From an uncultured Candidatus Saccharibacteria bacterium (lineage in GTDB: Bacteria; Patescibacteriota; Minisyncoccia; UBA6257; WO2-44-18): DNA of 44,096 nucleotides. Below are positions 17,435 through 27,067 of this stretch, in pieces (position 1 is the first letter of the stretch; each line of letters starts with the position of its first letter). The notes beneath the pieces were generated by a model. The model was not told the origin of the DNA, searched no databases, and saw nothing but the letters and a program-made list of their open reading frames with translations. The translations under genes were made by a program, and so were the position numbers. Where the stretch lies: positions 1 through 44,096 of the forward strand of contig CAZJFE010000003.1 of assembly GCA_964545345.1 (NCBI GenBank), written 5' to 3'.

Positions 17435-18406
17435 CTACTTTTCCAATGCGTTGGCAATGATCAAATCTAGCAGTTTTGGGAACTCAATACCGGCCACTTT
17501 GGCCTCTTGGGGCAGCAAACTGGTGGCGGTCATACCGGGAATAGTGTTGATTTCCAATATCCAATAGTTTCCTTTTTCGTCTTGCATAAAATCGGAGCGC
17601 GACATGCCACTGGCCTTAATCGCTTGATGAGCTTTGAGTGACATTGTCTGAATTTTCTTGATTTCTTTGCCATCAATTCTTGGCGGGGTGATTTCCCTGG
17701 AAGCCCCGGCGGTGTACTTAGAGTAGTAATCAAAAAATCCCCGTAGTTTCGGCACGATTTCAGTCGGCGGTAACGCTTTTGGTTTTCCTTTGATTTCTAC
17801 TACGCCGCAAGTGAACTCCCGTCCTTCAATATATTGCTGGAGCATCACGTTGGGAGAAAATTTTGCCGCTTCTTCAATAGCTTTGGGTAGTTCCTGAATC
17901 TTTTTTACAAGGTTCGTGCCGGCGCTGGATCCCCGGTCAGCCGGTTTCACTACCAGAGGAATCCGGAAAGAATGCTGGCGGCCAAGAGGGAGAAACCCAT
18001 TTTTACGAATCTTCAAGATTGAGAAATCCGGCACTTTTAATCCGGCCTTCCGGAAAATCATAGATGAAGCTTCCTTATCCATTCCAATTTGGCTGGCTTT
18101 TGCTCCTGATCCGGTATACAGAATGCGGGCTTTGTCTAAAATTTTCTGAATTGTGCCGTCTTCGCCGTATTCACCATGCATAGCGATAAAGGCGACATCA
18201 AAATTATTTTTCAGCTCTTTGAGAGTAGTCGGCCACTTCCCCTTCTTGCTGATTACAATCCCCTTACCCAGATATTTTTCAGGATCCAAATTTTCCAGCA
18301 CCTTTTTTCCGGTATTTAAAGAAACCTCGTGTTCCGCGGATGGTCCACCCATCAGCACCGCTACCCGGATTTTTTCTTTATTCAGATTTTTTCTTTTTTT
18401 CAGCAT
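17435..18406 (-). CDS. ddl: D-alanine--D-alanine ligase
   Basis: GGPSAEHEVS, HGEYGEDG, GSSAG, DYYSKY, LEINTIPGMT. Confidence 0.97.
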   Translation of the reverse strand: MLKKRKNLNKEKIRVAVLMGGPSAEHEVSLNTGKKVLENLDPEKYLGKGIVISKKGKWPTTLKELKNNFDVAFIAMHGEYGEDGTIQKILDKARILYTGSGAKASQIGMDKEASSMIFRKAGLKVPDFSILKIRKNGFLPLGRQHSFRIPLVVKPADRGSSAGTNLVKKIQELPKAIEEAAKFSPNVMLQQYIEGREFTCGVVEIKGKPKALPPTEIVPKLRGFFDYYSKYTAGASREITPPRIDGKEIKKIQTMSLKAHQAIKASGMSRSDFMQDEKGNYWILEINTIPGMTATSLLPQEAKVAGIEFPKLLDLIIANALEK

Positions 18407-19592
18407 AGATTCTTTTGACTACTTTCGGCCATTTTGCCAGCGGCTCGCGTTCCAGAAAAGCTACTGTTTTTTCTTTGGAAAAATGCAGTTTGTCGGTCAG
18501 CGCTTTGAAGGAAGCGATGCCTTTGGATAAAACATCATAATATTCCCGGAAGAAAAATTGGCGGATTGATTCATGAACTGTCGCGTCAACGTCCGGAACA
18601 TTCTTTAGCAACCCAGCTTTCTTCCAATGTTTTACCAGATTAGGAATGTCGGTCTCGCGCGCTTTCACGAGATAGTCATAAATACCGTCATCCGCTTCCA
18701 TTTCCGTCAAATTAGTAAATAATTTTCGCTCATTCGCGTTCGGTTCTTTCATGGTAGCTAAAATCTCATCCCGCGCCTTATCTTCGGCCTCCACTCTGAG
18801 CGCGCGCAAATCCACTTTTAGCATTTCCTGGAATTGTTTTGTGGCCTCCCCCGGATCATTAGAAGTCACCCCCGATTCTATCAGCGCTGGGAGAAATTCT
18901 AGCGCGGAACTCGTCAGCAAGCGGTAGAAAGCGTGCTGCTCTTCATGGAGCATGGTTGATTTACTTTTCTCCGGATCCGGCATTTCCTGGACGTTCTCAA
19001 TATTAATTAATCCGGTCAGATCCGGTAATGGACTGGTCGGCAAACTGGCTCCCCCGGAAAGGTTAGACTTCCCGATCTCCTCCGGTGTGGCCTCTCTCTG
19101 AATCAGAAAAGTTTGCTGGTGCAACATGGCGTAATCTTTTGGATTGCCGCATTTGATATAGAGAGTCATCGGCCCCTTCAAGATTTCAATCCGGCCAAGA
19201 GGTTCCCGGCCGAACAAATCTTTAAACATATCCGAGTCGCGATTCGGCGATTTACTAAAACGATTCCAGAAAGTCTCAATCGCCTCATGCTTTTTCGTGT
19301 ATTTTTCCGCTAAGAGCTTAGCGATTCCCTTTTCCAGAGTGCCGAGCTTGATTTCTTTTCCCATTTCTTCAATGCGCGGGTAGAGCTCATCAGTTTTTAT
19401 ATCCGGGTTTTCTCTAATCATCCGGATCACTTCTTCCTGCAAGTCGGCGATTCCTTCTTTTTGTTCGGCCAGTTCTTTTTTAAATTCCGCGACAAGTTTC
19501 CGGCGCTCCGGTTTTGGGGCTTCTTTGATTTTCTTTATCTCTTTTTTTGGGTTGAAAACCGGACTTTCGGCTTCCGGTACTTTTTCAAACAT
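18378..19592 (-). CDS. Hypothetical protein with HExxH motif (possible zincin-like)
   Basis: 404-aa ORF containing TMLHEEQHAF. Confidence 0.65.
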   Translation of the reverse strand: MFEKVPEAESPVFNPKKEIKKIKEAPKPERRKLVAEFKKELAEQKEGIADLQEEVIRMIRENPDIKTDELYPRIEEMGKEIKLGTLEKGIAKLLAEKYTKKHEAIETFWNRFSKSPNRDSDMFKDLFGREPLGRIEILKGPMTLYIKCGNPKDYAMLHQQTFLIQREATPEEIGKSNLSGGASLPTSPLPDLTGLINIENVQEMPDPEKSKSTMLHEEQHAFYRLLTSSALEFLPALIESGVTSNDPGEATKQFQEMLKVDLRALRVEAEDKARDEILATMKEPNANERKLFTNLTEMEADDGIYDYLVKARETDIPNLVKHWKKAGLLKNVPDVDATVHESIRQFFFREYYDVLSKGIASFKALTDKLHFSKEKTVAFLEREPLAKWPKVVKRIYAEKKKKSE

Positions 19593-19639
19593 TGCCTATA
19601 TTTTAACACAAAAAACCGCCCCGTAGTGGGGCGGTTGGT

Positions 19640-20014
19640 TTAAGATTTAATTTGCACTGCTAACTCATCATAGTAAGTCATTTTCAGCGGCGGGAGATAG
19701 ATATGAAGCGACACCGCCTCTTCAATGCCATACTGACCGACTACATGAATCATTTCCGGCGTTTCCTTGAACTCGGCTCCCGGCTTATCAAATGTCCGGA
19801 GACGGCGCAGCTCTTTGGTTTTCTGATCAAAGATTTGCTCAAACAGCCCTCCGGAAATAAGAATCGTGAATCCCATTGAATCACCGTGGTCATGGGGGCG
19901 AGTTCGGGAACCGATTGGCCAAAAAATCATTACAACCTGCACCTGATCGTCGTGATAAAGAATGATTCTTTTGTACGGAGGAAATCTTCGATCAGCGCTT
20001 TCCGGATTTTCCAT
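19640..20014 (-). CDS. Cysteine dioxygenase-like cupin
   Basis: WPIG...PHDHG, IHVV, SLHIYLPP. Confidence 0.85.
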   Translation of the reverse strand: MENPESADRRFPPYKRIILYHDDQVQVVMIFWPIGSRTRPHDHGDSMGFTILISGGLFEQIFDQKTKELRRLRTFDKPGAEFKETPEMIHVVGQYGIEEAVSLHIYLPPLKMTYYDELAVQIKS

Positions 20015-20567
20015 GCGTCCCCCTTTGGGTTAAAAATGGAATCAAGCTAAAGATTTTTACGTCTACCAGAAGATTTTTCCGCGGCCGCAGAAGAAATGGA
20101 ATCAGTCGTTTAATTGGCACTTTGACCACCTTGATATCTTCTCCGCCTTCCAACTGCGGCTCTCGGACTTTTTTCGCGTCCCAGCCGAGGAAAATTACCA
20201 ATTGATCATTTTGCATTCCGGCGTTAAATGGTCCGCACATCAATCGCTTCATTTCGCCGACTTCGTAGCCCATTTCTTCCATGAGTTCACGGCGAGCGGC
20301 CGCTTCCTCGCTGGCGTCGCTTTCTTCAATCATTCCGGCGCACATCTCAATCGTCCACTTTTTCAATGGCACCCGGTAGCTTTTGGTAAGCAGGAGTTCG
20401 TTTTCGGTAGTAACCGCTCCCACTAGGGCAATCGGCCGCCGGCTGGGCCGCTCCACCACTTCCCAGGTTCCTTTATGTCCGGTTACTTTGTTACGGAATT
20501 TTCTTTCAATCACCTTCAGCCATTTTCCGGTATAAACAACCCGGTCTCTGCCAAGTTCTAATTTCAT
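19992..20567 (-). CDS. NUDIX hydrolase (ADP-ribose pyrophosphatase-like)
   Basis: Nudix box AGMIEESDASEEAAARRELMEEMGY. Confidence 0.92.
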   Translation of the reverse strand: MKLELGRDRVVYTGKWLKVIERKFRNKVTGHKGTWEVVERPSRRPIALVGAVTTENELLLTKSYRVPLKKWTIEMCAGMIEESDASEEAAARRELMEEMGYEVGEMKRLMCGPFNAGMQNDQLVIFLGWDAKKVREPQLEGGEDIKVVKVPIKRLIPFLLRPRKNLLVDVKIFSLIPFLTQRGTHGKSGKR

Positions 20568-20884
20568 CTCGCCTTCTTTTTAGCGTAGAAGATTACTCCC
20601 ATCACCATGTCCTTGCTCACTTTTGTCATTCTGCGGAAGGCAACAACTTTTTCCGGAAAATCCTCGCAGTAATTTGCCGCTTTGTTAACGCAGAGCATAA
20701 AGTTAGCGTCAAATTCCAATCCGGGCATATAGGGCAACGTGGCTAAACCACTTTCCGATTCGCATAATTTCACGTATTGATCCAGCTCGTCAGGAAAAAT
20801 CTCGTAGATCGTCTTACCGTAAACGCGCTTTTTGGTGATTATGTTCCAGCTGAATTTTTCACGAACTGGCCTGTTTTTGCTCAC
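20564..20884 (-). CDS. Hypothetical protein
   Basis: GAGGAGG RBS; 4-nt overlap with the NUDIX gene. Confidence 0.65.
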   Translation of the reverse strand: MSKNRPVREKFSWNIITKKRVYGKTIYEIFPDELDQYVKLCESESGLATLPYMPGLEFDANFMLCVNKAANYCEDFPEKVVAFRRMTKVSKDMVMGVIFYAKKKAR

Positions 20885-20977
20885 AGAACCTCCTCTTTGC
20901 TTGTTGAAGAACCATAAGGATTCTAAAACAAAAAATAGACACTAGCAATTACCGGGGGAAACGCCTGGCGAGCCGGA

Positions 20978-21361
20978 TTATTTCTTCAGATTCAAAACCG
21001 CGTCTAAAAAGTTTACGTTGGCAGACATTGGCTCGCCATATTCATTTTTTCCTTTGACTCCCTTGGCGAAAATTAAGTACAGACCAACGAAAAAATTCAC
21101 CATCGGCACAATCAGAATCAGCGCCCACCAACCGTTTTTTCCAAGATCATGCCAGCGCCGGGCGTGTAAAGAGAAAACAAAGATCGCGCCTAACAAGTTA
21201 ATGATCCCCGTGAAGACGTTGAACCGATAATGTCCGTCAGCAAAGAACATTCCCGCCATCCCGCCGAAAAATAGCCCGGCAATCAAAATACCGAGAAAAT
21301 AATTTTTCCGTCCGATTCGTCCGCTATAAAGATTTTTTATATAGTCAGTCGCTTTTTCCAT
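20978..21361 (-). CDS. DUF805 membrane protein
   Basis: SGRIGRKNYF, RRWHDLGKNGW, NEYG. Confidence 0.92.
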   Translation of the reverse strand: MEKATDYIKNLYSGRIGRKNYFLGILIAGLFFGGMAGMFFADGHYRFNVFTGIINLLGAIFVFSLHARRWHDLGKNGWWALILIVPMVNFFVGLYLIFAKGVKGKNEYGEPMSANVNFLDAVLNLKK

Positions 21362-21370
21362 TTGATCAGT

Positions 21371-22141
21371 TTATAAAGCTGTCCAACCGCCATCAACGAT
21401 CAGATTAGCGCCGGTCACATAGCTGGAGGCGTCGGAAGCCAGATACAAAACCGCCCCATTGTATTCATCTTTCTTGGCCATTCTGCCAAGAATAGTTTTG
21501 TCGCTATATTTTTTTACAAACTCTTCTTTCTGCCCGGCAAAGACTCCGCCGGGAGTAAGTGTATTTACCCGAATGCCGGTTTCACGCAAATAAGACGCCA
21601 AACTGCGGGTAAAATTAGGCACCGCTCCCTTAACGCTGGCATAGCCAATTGATTTAAATTTACCTTCGTCGTAAATCCGGTTGTCGGGCGCGACGATTCC
21701 ATATGTAGAGCAAACATTGATGATTGATCCGCTCTTTTGCTTTTTCATCACCGGGATTACCGCTTGGGCGCAAATCAACATTCCGGTCAGGCCGACGGCA
21801 ATTTCTTTCGTCCAAAGTTCAATCGGATAATCTTCATATGGGCTGAATTGCTTGGCGGATTCGTCCGTATTCGGGACAGGATTCATCGCGGCGTTGTTGA
21901 TTAATACATCCACCCGGCCGAGCTTTTTAACTACATCGGCAACCGCCGCGTTCACATCTTCTTTCTTGGTAATGTCTACTTTGTAATACAAAAAATTGGG
22001 ATCGGGAAAACCATCTTTAATATCCAGCAAAACCACCTTTGCTCCGGCCGCGTGGAGAGTTTTGGCATACTCCATCCCTAATAGGCCGGTTCCGCCGGTG
22101 ATTAAAGCAACCTTGTCTTTAAGTGAAAACATTTCGTTCAT
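21371..22141 (-). CDS. Short-chain dehydrogenase/reductase
   Basis: TGGTGLLG, NNAA, YASVK, DGGWT. Confidence 0.93.
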   Translation of the reverse strand: MNEMFSLKDKVALITGGTGLLGMEYAKTLHAAGAKVVLLDIKDGFPDPNFLYYKVDITKKEDVNAAVADVVKKLGRVDVLINNAAMNPVPNTDESAKQFSPYEDYPIELWTKEIAVGLTGMLICAQAVIPVMKKQKSGSIINVCSTYGIVAPDNRIYDEGKFKSIGYASVKGAVPNFTRSLASYLRETGIRVNTLTPGGVFAGQKEEFVKKYSDKTILGRMAKKDEYNGAVLYLASDASSYVTGANLIVDGGWTAL

Positions 22142-22142
22142 A

Positions 22143-23147
22143 TTATAGTTGTATAACTTTTTTGTCTTTTATGGAATCCTTCATTGCTAAAGCAATCTTT
22201 AGCACGTCCGCCCCTTGCTCAAAATTAATCAACGGCTTTTCCTTGCCTTCAACGCAACGGATGAACTGCTTAGTTTCGTCCAGGAACATCACATTTCTTT
22301 CAAAATCGGCCGGCTCCTTCATAATCTCCGACTGACTACCGGTCTCAAACGGGATTAGGGTCAAAGTTTTTTCCTGATAATCCCAAGTCATCCTGCCTTT
22401 ACTACCAACCACTTCAAAACGGCGTTTCGGCGGCCGTTTCACGTAATCCATATGCAAAGAAGCGGTCACTCCGGATTTAAATTGGAAAATCGCGTCCACG
22501 ATGCTGTCCACTTCAATTTTTAATTCACTTCCTTTGTTTTCAAAAGCGGATACTTGCTGGGGCATCCCGAAAAACCAATACAAGTAATCAATGTCGTGGC
22601 TCTGGGTGAGAATCACTCCTCCTCCCAAATCGGCGCGGGCGGCATAGGTTTTCAAATAATCTTCCCAAGAATGCCAATCCGGCAGATACTCCCCAATTTC
22701 CGCGTGCGCGCTTAATGGCTCGCCGATTTTTCCTTCCTCTAACCATTCTTTCATCTGCCGGAGTAACGGATGAAAACGGAAATTATAGCCAACATAGCCG
22801 ACCAAATTTTTCTTTTTAGCCAGCGCTATCAGATCGGCCACGCCGTCCAAATTATGCGATAAAGGTTTTTCAGTTAACACATGCGCGCCGGCTTCCATCG
22901 CCTTTTTCGCGGTTTCCAAATGCAATGAAGTCGGGTTTGCCAACACAACCGCGTCCGGTTTTTGCGCTAAGGCCTCATCCAGATCAAAAAAAACTTTTGG
23001 ATTATGCTCTTGGGAAAATTTATCAACAAAATCTTTGTTGGATCCCTTCTGTGATCGGTAAACAATAATTTCCCCGGCATTTAACTGTTTGAGGTTGCGG
23101 TAGTGCCGCTGACCGATTGAACCCAATCCTGTAATAAGAAATTTCAT
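22143..23147 (-). CDS. Gfo/Idh/MocA family oxidoreductase
   Basis: GLGSIG, EKP, GYNFRF, SHDID; probable start ATG 23147. Confidence 0.93.
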   Translation of the reverse strand: MKFLITGLGSIGQRHYRNLKQLNAGEIIVYRSQKGSNKDFVDKFSQEHNPKVFFDLDEALAQKPDAVVLANPTSLHLETAKKAMEAGAHVLTEKPLSHNLDGVADLIALAKKKNLVGYVGYNFRFHPLLRQMKEWLEEGKIGEPLSAHAEIGEYLPDWHSWEDYLKTYAARADLGGGVILTQSHDIDYLYWFFGMPQQVSAFENKGSELKIEVDSIVDAIFQFKSGVTASLHMDYVKRPPKRRFEVVGSKGRMTWDYQEKTLTLIPFETGSQSEIMKEPADFERNVMFLDETKQFIRCVEGKEKPLINFEQGADVLKIALAMKDSIKDKKVIQL

Positions 23148-23268
23148 CCCGTTAGAAGCAGGGTGCGCCCACTGGGCGTACCCGTGAGACAAAGACTACT
23201 TTGTTATTTACGACTGTTTTTTGTGAATTGATTGTCATGGTTATTTAAATTTAGCTGCTTCTAACGGG
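23148..23268. mobile_element. 121-bp MITE-like element
   Basis: Perfect 14-bp terminal inverted repeats CCCGTTAGAAGCAG/CTGCTTCTAACGGG, flanked by a 7-bp direct repeat ATTTCAT (23141-23147, 23269-23275). Confidence 0.85.
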
Positions 23269-23304
23269 ATTTCATTTTTATAAAAACACCCGGAATACAC
23301 CGGG

Positions 23305-23808
23305 TTAGATTTCTAGCTTGATTCCCTTGGCTTCCAGGATCATCTCCGCGATTTCACGAATCGCATGATGTCCACCGGAGGCCTTGGTTGTGTAGTGAGC
23401 AACTTCTTTTACCAACGGATGGCCGTCGGCGACCGTCAGAGCGACGCCGGCGAATTTTAAGGTTGGCAAATCATTAATGTCGTCTCCGACGAAGGCCACT
23501 TCTTCAACGGAAAGCTTTTGTTCAGCCATAATTCTTTTCAAAATCTCCAGCTTTCCTTCGCCGGTGCCGATCCCCTGCCAGACCGGAATTTTTAGCTTGT
23601 TGCATCTGGCGGTCACTACCGGATTAGTCTCTTTGGAAAGGACTCCAACGGTAATTCCGTGCTTCTTCAGCAATTCCACGCCCATGCCGTCTTTCCGACT
23701 GCAACGGACGGTCTCGTGGCCATCTTGATCAACATAAACCAGACCGTCGGTCATCACGCCGTCAAAGTCGGTCGCCAGTAATTTGATTTTGGAAAGTGTG
23801 TCTTTCAA
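23305..23808 (-). CDS. KdsC-like HAD phosphatase
   Basis: DFDGVMTDG, KDGMG, FVGDDIND, GGHHAIRE. Confidence 0.92.
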   Translation of the reverse strand: MKDTLSKIKLLATDFDGVMTDGLVYVDQDGHETVRCSRKDGMGVELLKKHGITVGVLSKETNPVVTARCNKLKIPVWQGIGTGEGKLEILKRIMAEQKLSVEEVAFVGDDINDLPTLKFAGVALTVADGHPLVKEVAHYTTKASGGHHAIREIAEMILEAKGIKLEI

Positions 23809-24035
23809 GTTCGTAGCTCCTTTATCGCCGATTTACCTTCTAGATAATACCTAATTTAAGGCAAAATGTCCACCCCACGTAATGGTTAAATGGCTTGGGG
23901 TATTCCATGCTTTTCACCATTACGTTCTATTGACTTCTACGCAAAGTATTGCTACACTATGTGCAGTAGTTCGGGGGGTTGCGGCATAGTGCTGTCCCCA
24001 TTGAAATCAAACCACCACAAGAAAGGAGAAGTGTA

Positions 24036-24653
24036 ATGCAACTCTCTAAAGAGGCGCTGTTCTTTCAGTCAGTAGAGGGAAGCATCATTCTTTACGGCAA
24101 TAGCTGGGGTCGCCCCCTACTTTTTAGCCCAGATGGACAAACGTTTTTCGAGCTAAATCAAACTGGTTTCGGAGGAACATCCGAGGAGCACGACATTTCG
24201 TTTGAAGACCCTCATAGCAATAAGAAAGGTCGTTTCTATCGAAAGGGCGATGAGCTGGAGATGGACGGCAAGGTCTACAAGAAGGTTGATGGTCGTTCCG
24301 AGGTTGAGGTTGTGCCTCTGCCAACAATCCGTCAACCAGAGTATCTTTTCGGCGCACCTGATGGAAATTACATCTACGTAAGTGCCGATAAGTTCAGATA
24401 CTCTTACGAGTCGTTCAAATTGTTCATCGGCGGCGGGGAAAAGATGAGAGAGGTCTCAATCAAACACGTTGATCGTTATAGAGATGGCGGCACTACCAAC
24501 ATCGAGACCGCCGAGGGAGTGTTGTATTCGCCCACACCTTTCCGAAGCGATGCAGTCGCGACCTGGCAAGGAGATGTCAAACTCACGAAACTCGACCCAA
24601 CTCAATTCCACATCGTCGAGACCGAAAGTGGTGTTCAACTACAACGTAACTAA
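24036..24653 (+). CDS. Hypothetical beta-rich protein
   Basis: AAAGGAG RBS before ATG 24036; TTGACT-17-TACACT promoter at ~23930-23959; hairpin plus T-tract downstream. Confidence 0.7.
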   Translation: MQLSKEALFFQSVEGSIILYGNSWGRPLLFSPDGQTFFELNQTGFGGTSEEHDISFEDPHSNKKGRFYRKGDELEMDGKVYKKVDGRSEVEVVPLPTIRQPEYLFGAPDGNYIYVSADKFRYSYESFKLFIGGGEKMREVSIKHVDRYRDGGTTNIETAEGVLYSPTPFRSDAVATWQGDVKLTKLDPTQFHIVETESGVQLQRN

Positions 24654-24812
24654 CCAGTCTAACACCCGAAGGGTGTGCGTGGAGAAATCTGCGCACACCC
24701 TATTTTTTATGGTAAAATTAAAGTGAAACGATAGGATGCCCTTTCAATATAATCCCTGTATATCCTGTTAGTATTTTCATAACTTTCATCACACCAAAAC
24801 AGATTCCAGTAA

Positions 24813-25005
24813 TGCGGAGGCGGAAATTGGATTTACGCTTCGGTTTGTGCCAGATGGCCCCAAACCTCGCCGAACCATTCGCCTCACCCCGACCCCCAGT
24901 CGGACACCTTCGGTTTCCGAATCCTTCCTGGACGGGGTGATGCTTGGTTCGAATCCATCGCCAGAAAATTTACTACCACCGCGAGGGTGGTGCGAAATTT
25001 TGCGG
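24813..25005 (-). repeat. tRNA-linked structured module B, starting with a 13-bp copy of the tRNA-Ser 3' end
   Basis: tgcggaggcggaa at 24813-24825 equals 39524-39536. Hairpin homologous to module A. Residual tgcgg at 25001, 188 bp from the first copy. Confidence 0.8.
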
Positions 25006-25155
25006 GCAGTATCGGTCTAGTACCAACCCACTGCAAGGATCCAAGGGCTTTCTTGGGGCTCATTCCAATTAGCCGTTTGAGGTGTCTCGGTCTGGGGCGT
25101 TTGTTCGGAAAACGGGACAAATGAGACACTGGAGAGGCGTTTTAATAATTCGGTC

Positions 25156-26517
25156 TCATTCTGTCTTATAAGCTTCAAATATTTTCTGAACGAGATTCCT
25201 AAGGTTACTCATGTCTGTTGCGATGCGACCTACTGGATCAAACATAAATTGTTGGCCGTCTTTTTCTATTAGAGCAAAGTGGTCAATGCCCTTTTTGGAT
25301 TTAGAGATTCTATAATTAATCCGATCCAAAATCTTTTGGTGCTCGATTAACTCCGGCGAAAACATATGCGCGATATCTTTTGGCACCGGGGGCTCGTCTT
25401 TATAAATAATTTTATCTATCTCATCGTCTGATATTGTAGACTCGTCCGTAGTTATTAAAAGTGGAGAGGCCGAAAACATTTCTCTGTGGGCATTTTTATG
25501 CCTCAGTTGACCGAAAAAATACAGCCATTCTTGAAAATCATTTGATACTATAAAATCATAAAGAGCCACATTTTTGGCTTTTATTTTTGCTAAAAATTCT
25601 TTTTTAGAATTATGTAATCCGACAGCTTTGCGATCTTGGGATTTGCTAGGGCTGTACCCAAAAGAGAATATGTCATTGATTATCCACGCCAAATGATCGA
25701 TGGCGCCCCAAAGTAAAAACAAGTAATAGTTGAGATAATAACGAATGTACCCATGTAAGTGAGGTCTTTTGTTGCCACCATCCTTAATCAACTCATGCTC
25801 CACATCGTAAATTATTTGCTGCAATTTAAAAAAGTTGATTTGATCAATTGTAGTTAAAATATCTATGTAGCGATTGTGGACGAAAGAACGAACCCTTTCC
25901 TTTAGTTCTTCGCTTGGTTGCTTCTTGTTAATTTCTGACTCCAAAGAAATTAGTACTTTATTGTGAAATTCATCAGACATGGCATGCGCTATATCGGATG
26001 AATTTATCCCATATACAGAGTTTCGGAATTTGAAATAATTATAGAATCCTTGTGTGTATGACTCAATTTTTTTATATAGCTCTAATAAATTAACAATTTG
26101 CAGCCCGTATTGTTTCTCAATCTCACCCTTCTTCGCTGTATCGAATTCATTTTCGGTTAAGTAGAGAACGCATTTATTCTTAATTGCGATGGAAAGGAAC
26201 TCATTGAGCATCTTCCCGGCCTTTCCTAATTCCGTAGGCACAACATCAGGATGGATAGGGAAAACGTCAATTACAGCTTCCGGTTGGTTTTCAATGAGAG
26301 TGACTTTATCCTGGGGAAAAAAGGTCCGTCTGACACCCAATTTATCCTCTATATATTTTGGAAAGAAAAAGGTCACATCACACAAACTAGGGTCTATTTT
26401 TGTCAGATAATCTTGAAATGTATTAATTAAAAGAATCCTCTGTTCAAGGTTTTTCAACCCTATAAACGTAAGGGGGTCGATGAATATTTTTAAATTGTTA
26501 TTGATTAGATTCCACAT
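25156..26517 (-). CDS. HEPN-domain protein (Cthe_2314-like C-terminus), possible degenerate PIN-like N-terminus
   Basis: LWGAIDHLAWIIN and LRHKNAHR (RxxxxH); AT-rich gene. Confidence 0.6.
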   Translation of the reverse strand: MWNLINNNLKIFIDPLTFIGLKNLEQRILLINTFQDYLTKIDPSLCDVTFFFPKYIEDKLGVRRTFFPQDKVTLIENQPEAVIDVFPIHPDVVPTELGKAGKMLNEFLSIAIKNKCVLYLTENEFDTAKKGEIEKQYGLQIVNLLELYKKIESYTQGFYNYFKFRNSVYGINSSDIAHAMSDEFHNKVLISLESEINKKQPSEELKERVRSFVHNRYIDILTTIDQINFFKLQQIIYDVEHELIKDGGNKRPHLHGYIRYYLNYYLFLLWGAIDHLAWIINDIFSFGYSPSKSQDRKAVGLHNSKKEFLAKIKAKNVALYDFIVSNDFQEWLYFFGQLRHKNAHREMFSASPLLITTDESTISDDEIDKIIYKDEPPVPKDIAHMFSPELIEHQKILDRINYRISKSKKGIDHFALIEKDGQQFMFDPVGRIATDMSNLRNLVQKIFEAYKTE

Positions 26518-26628
26518 TTCCGTTTCCAAAAAACAAAGTGACAAGCCCATCGATACCGAGATCAAATCTCCATCATTCTATTCATCCATCTATTAAATTG
26601 TACGGCCTCCTAATGTTATAATCCAAGC

Positions 26629-26886
26629 ATGGAAAATGGAATATTATATCGTTGCCCCATATGCGACACGCCGATGTTTGAAAAGGTTGGCCTGAAACTT
26701 TTCGTCCAACGCATTCAAAACGGCAAGACAATCAAAATGGAGATCGATAGGAAAGATAGCGAGGGCGTTATGCGCATAGGCTGTGGCTCATGCGGCAAAG
26801 GCGGCCACATTCTTGCCGCCATACACGAAATGATCGGTATAGACGAAGTGGTTTCAGTTAAAAAAGAATCTGTTGTGGAGAAATAG
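26629..26886 (+). CDS. Zinc-ribbon protein
   Basis: CPIC and CGSC pairs. Confidence 0.7.
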   Translation: MENGILYRCPICDTPMFEKVGLKLFVQRIQNGKTIKMEIDRKDSEGVMRIGCGSCGKGGHILAAIHEMIGIDEVVSVKKESVVEK

Positions 26887-27067
26887 CTTGACGCAAAAAT
26901 CTGCAGTAGTATTATAAAAGAGTAAGTTGAAAATTTAATCGAGCATCGTCTGGAACGCCCAGGCACTAGTCGCAACTTTTTTGTTGGGACCCGTGCCTGG
27001 GCGTTTTTTATTTCTCGATTAGGTCGATTACGACTTACGCATTACAAAAATTAATAAAAATAAACAA

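Noticed and set aside
24940-24960. GGTTCGAATCC as part of a tRNA gene (also 15762-15772)
   Set aside because: No cloverleaf can be built around it; it belongs to the tRNA-linked modules.
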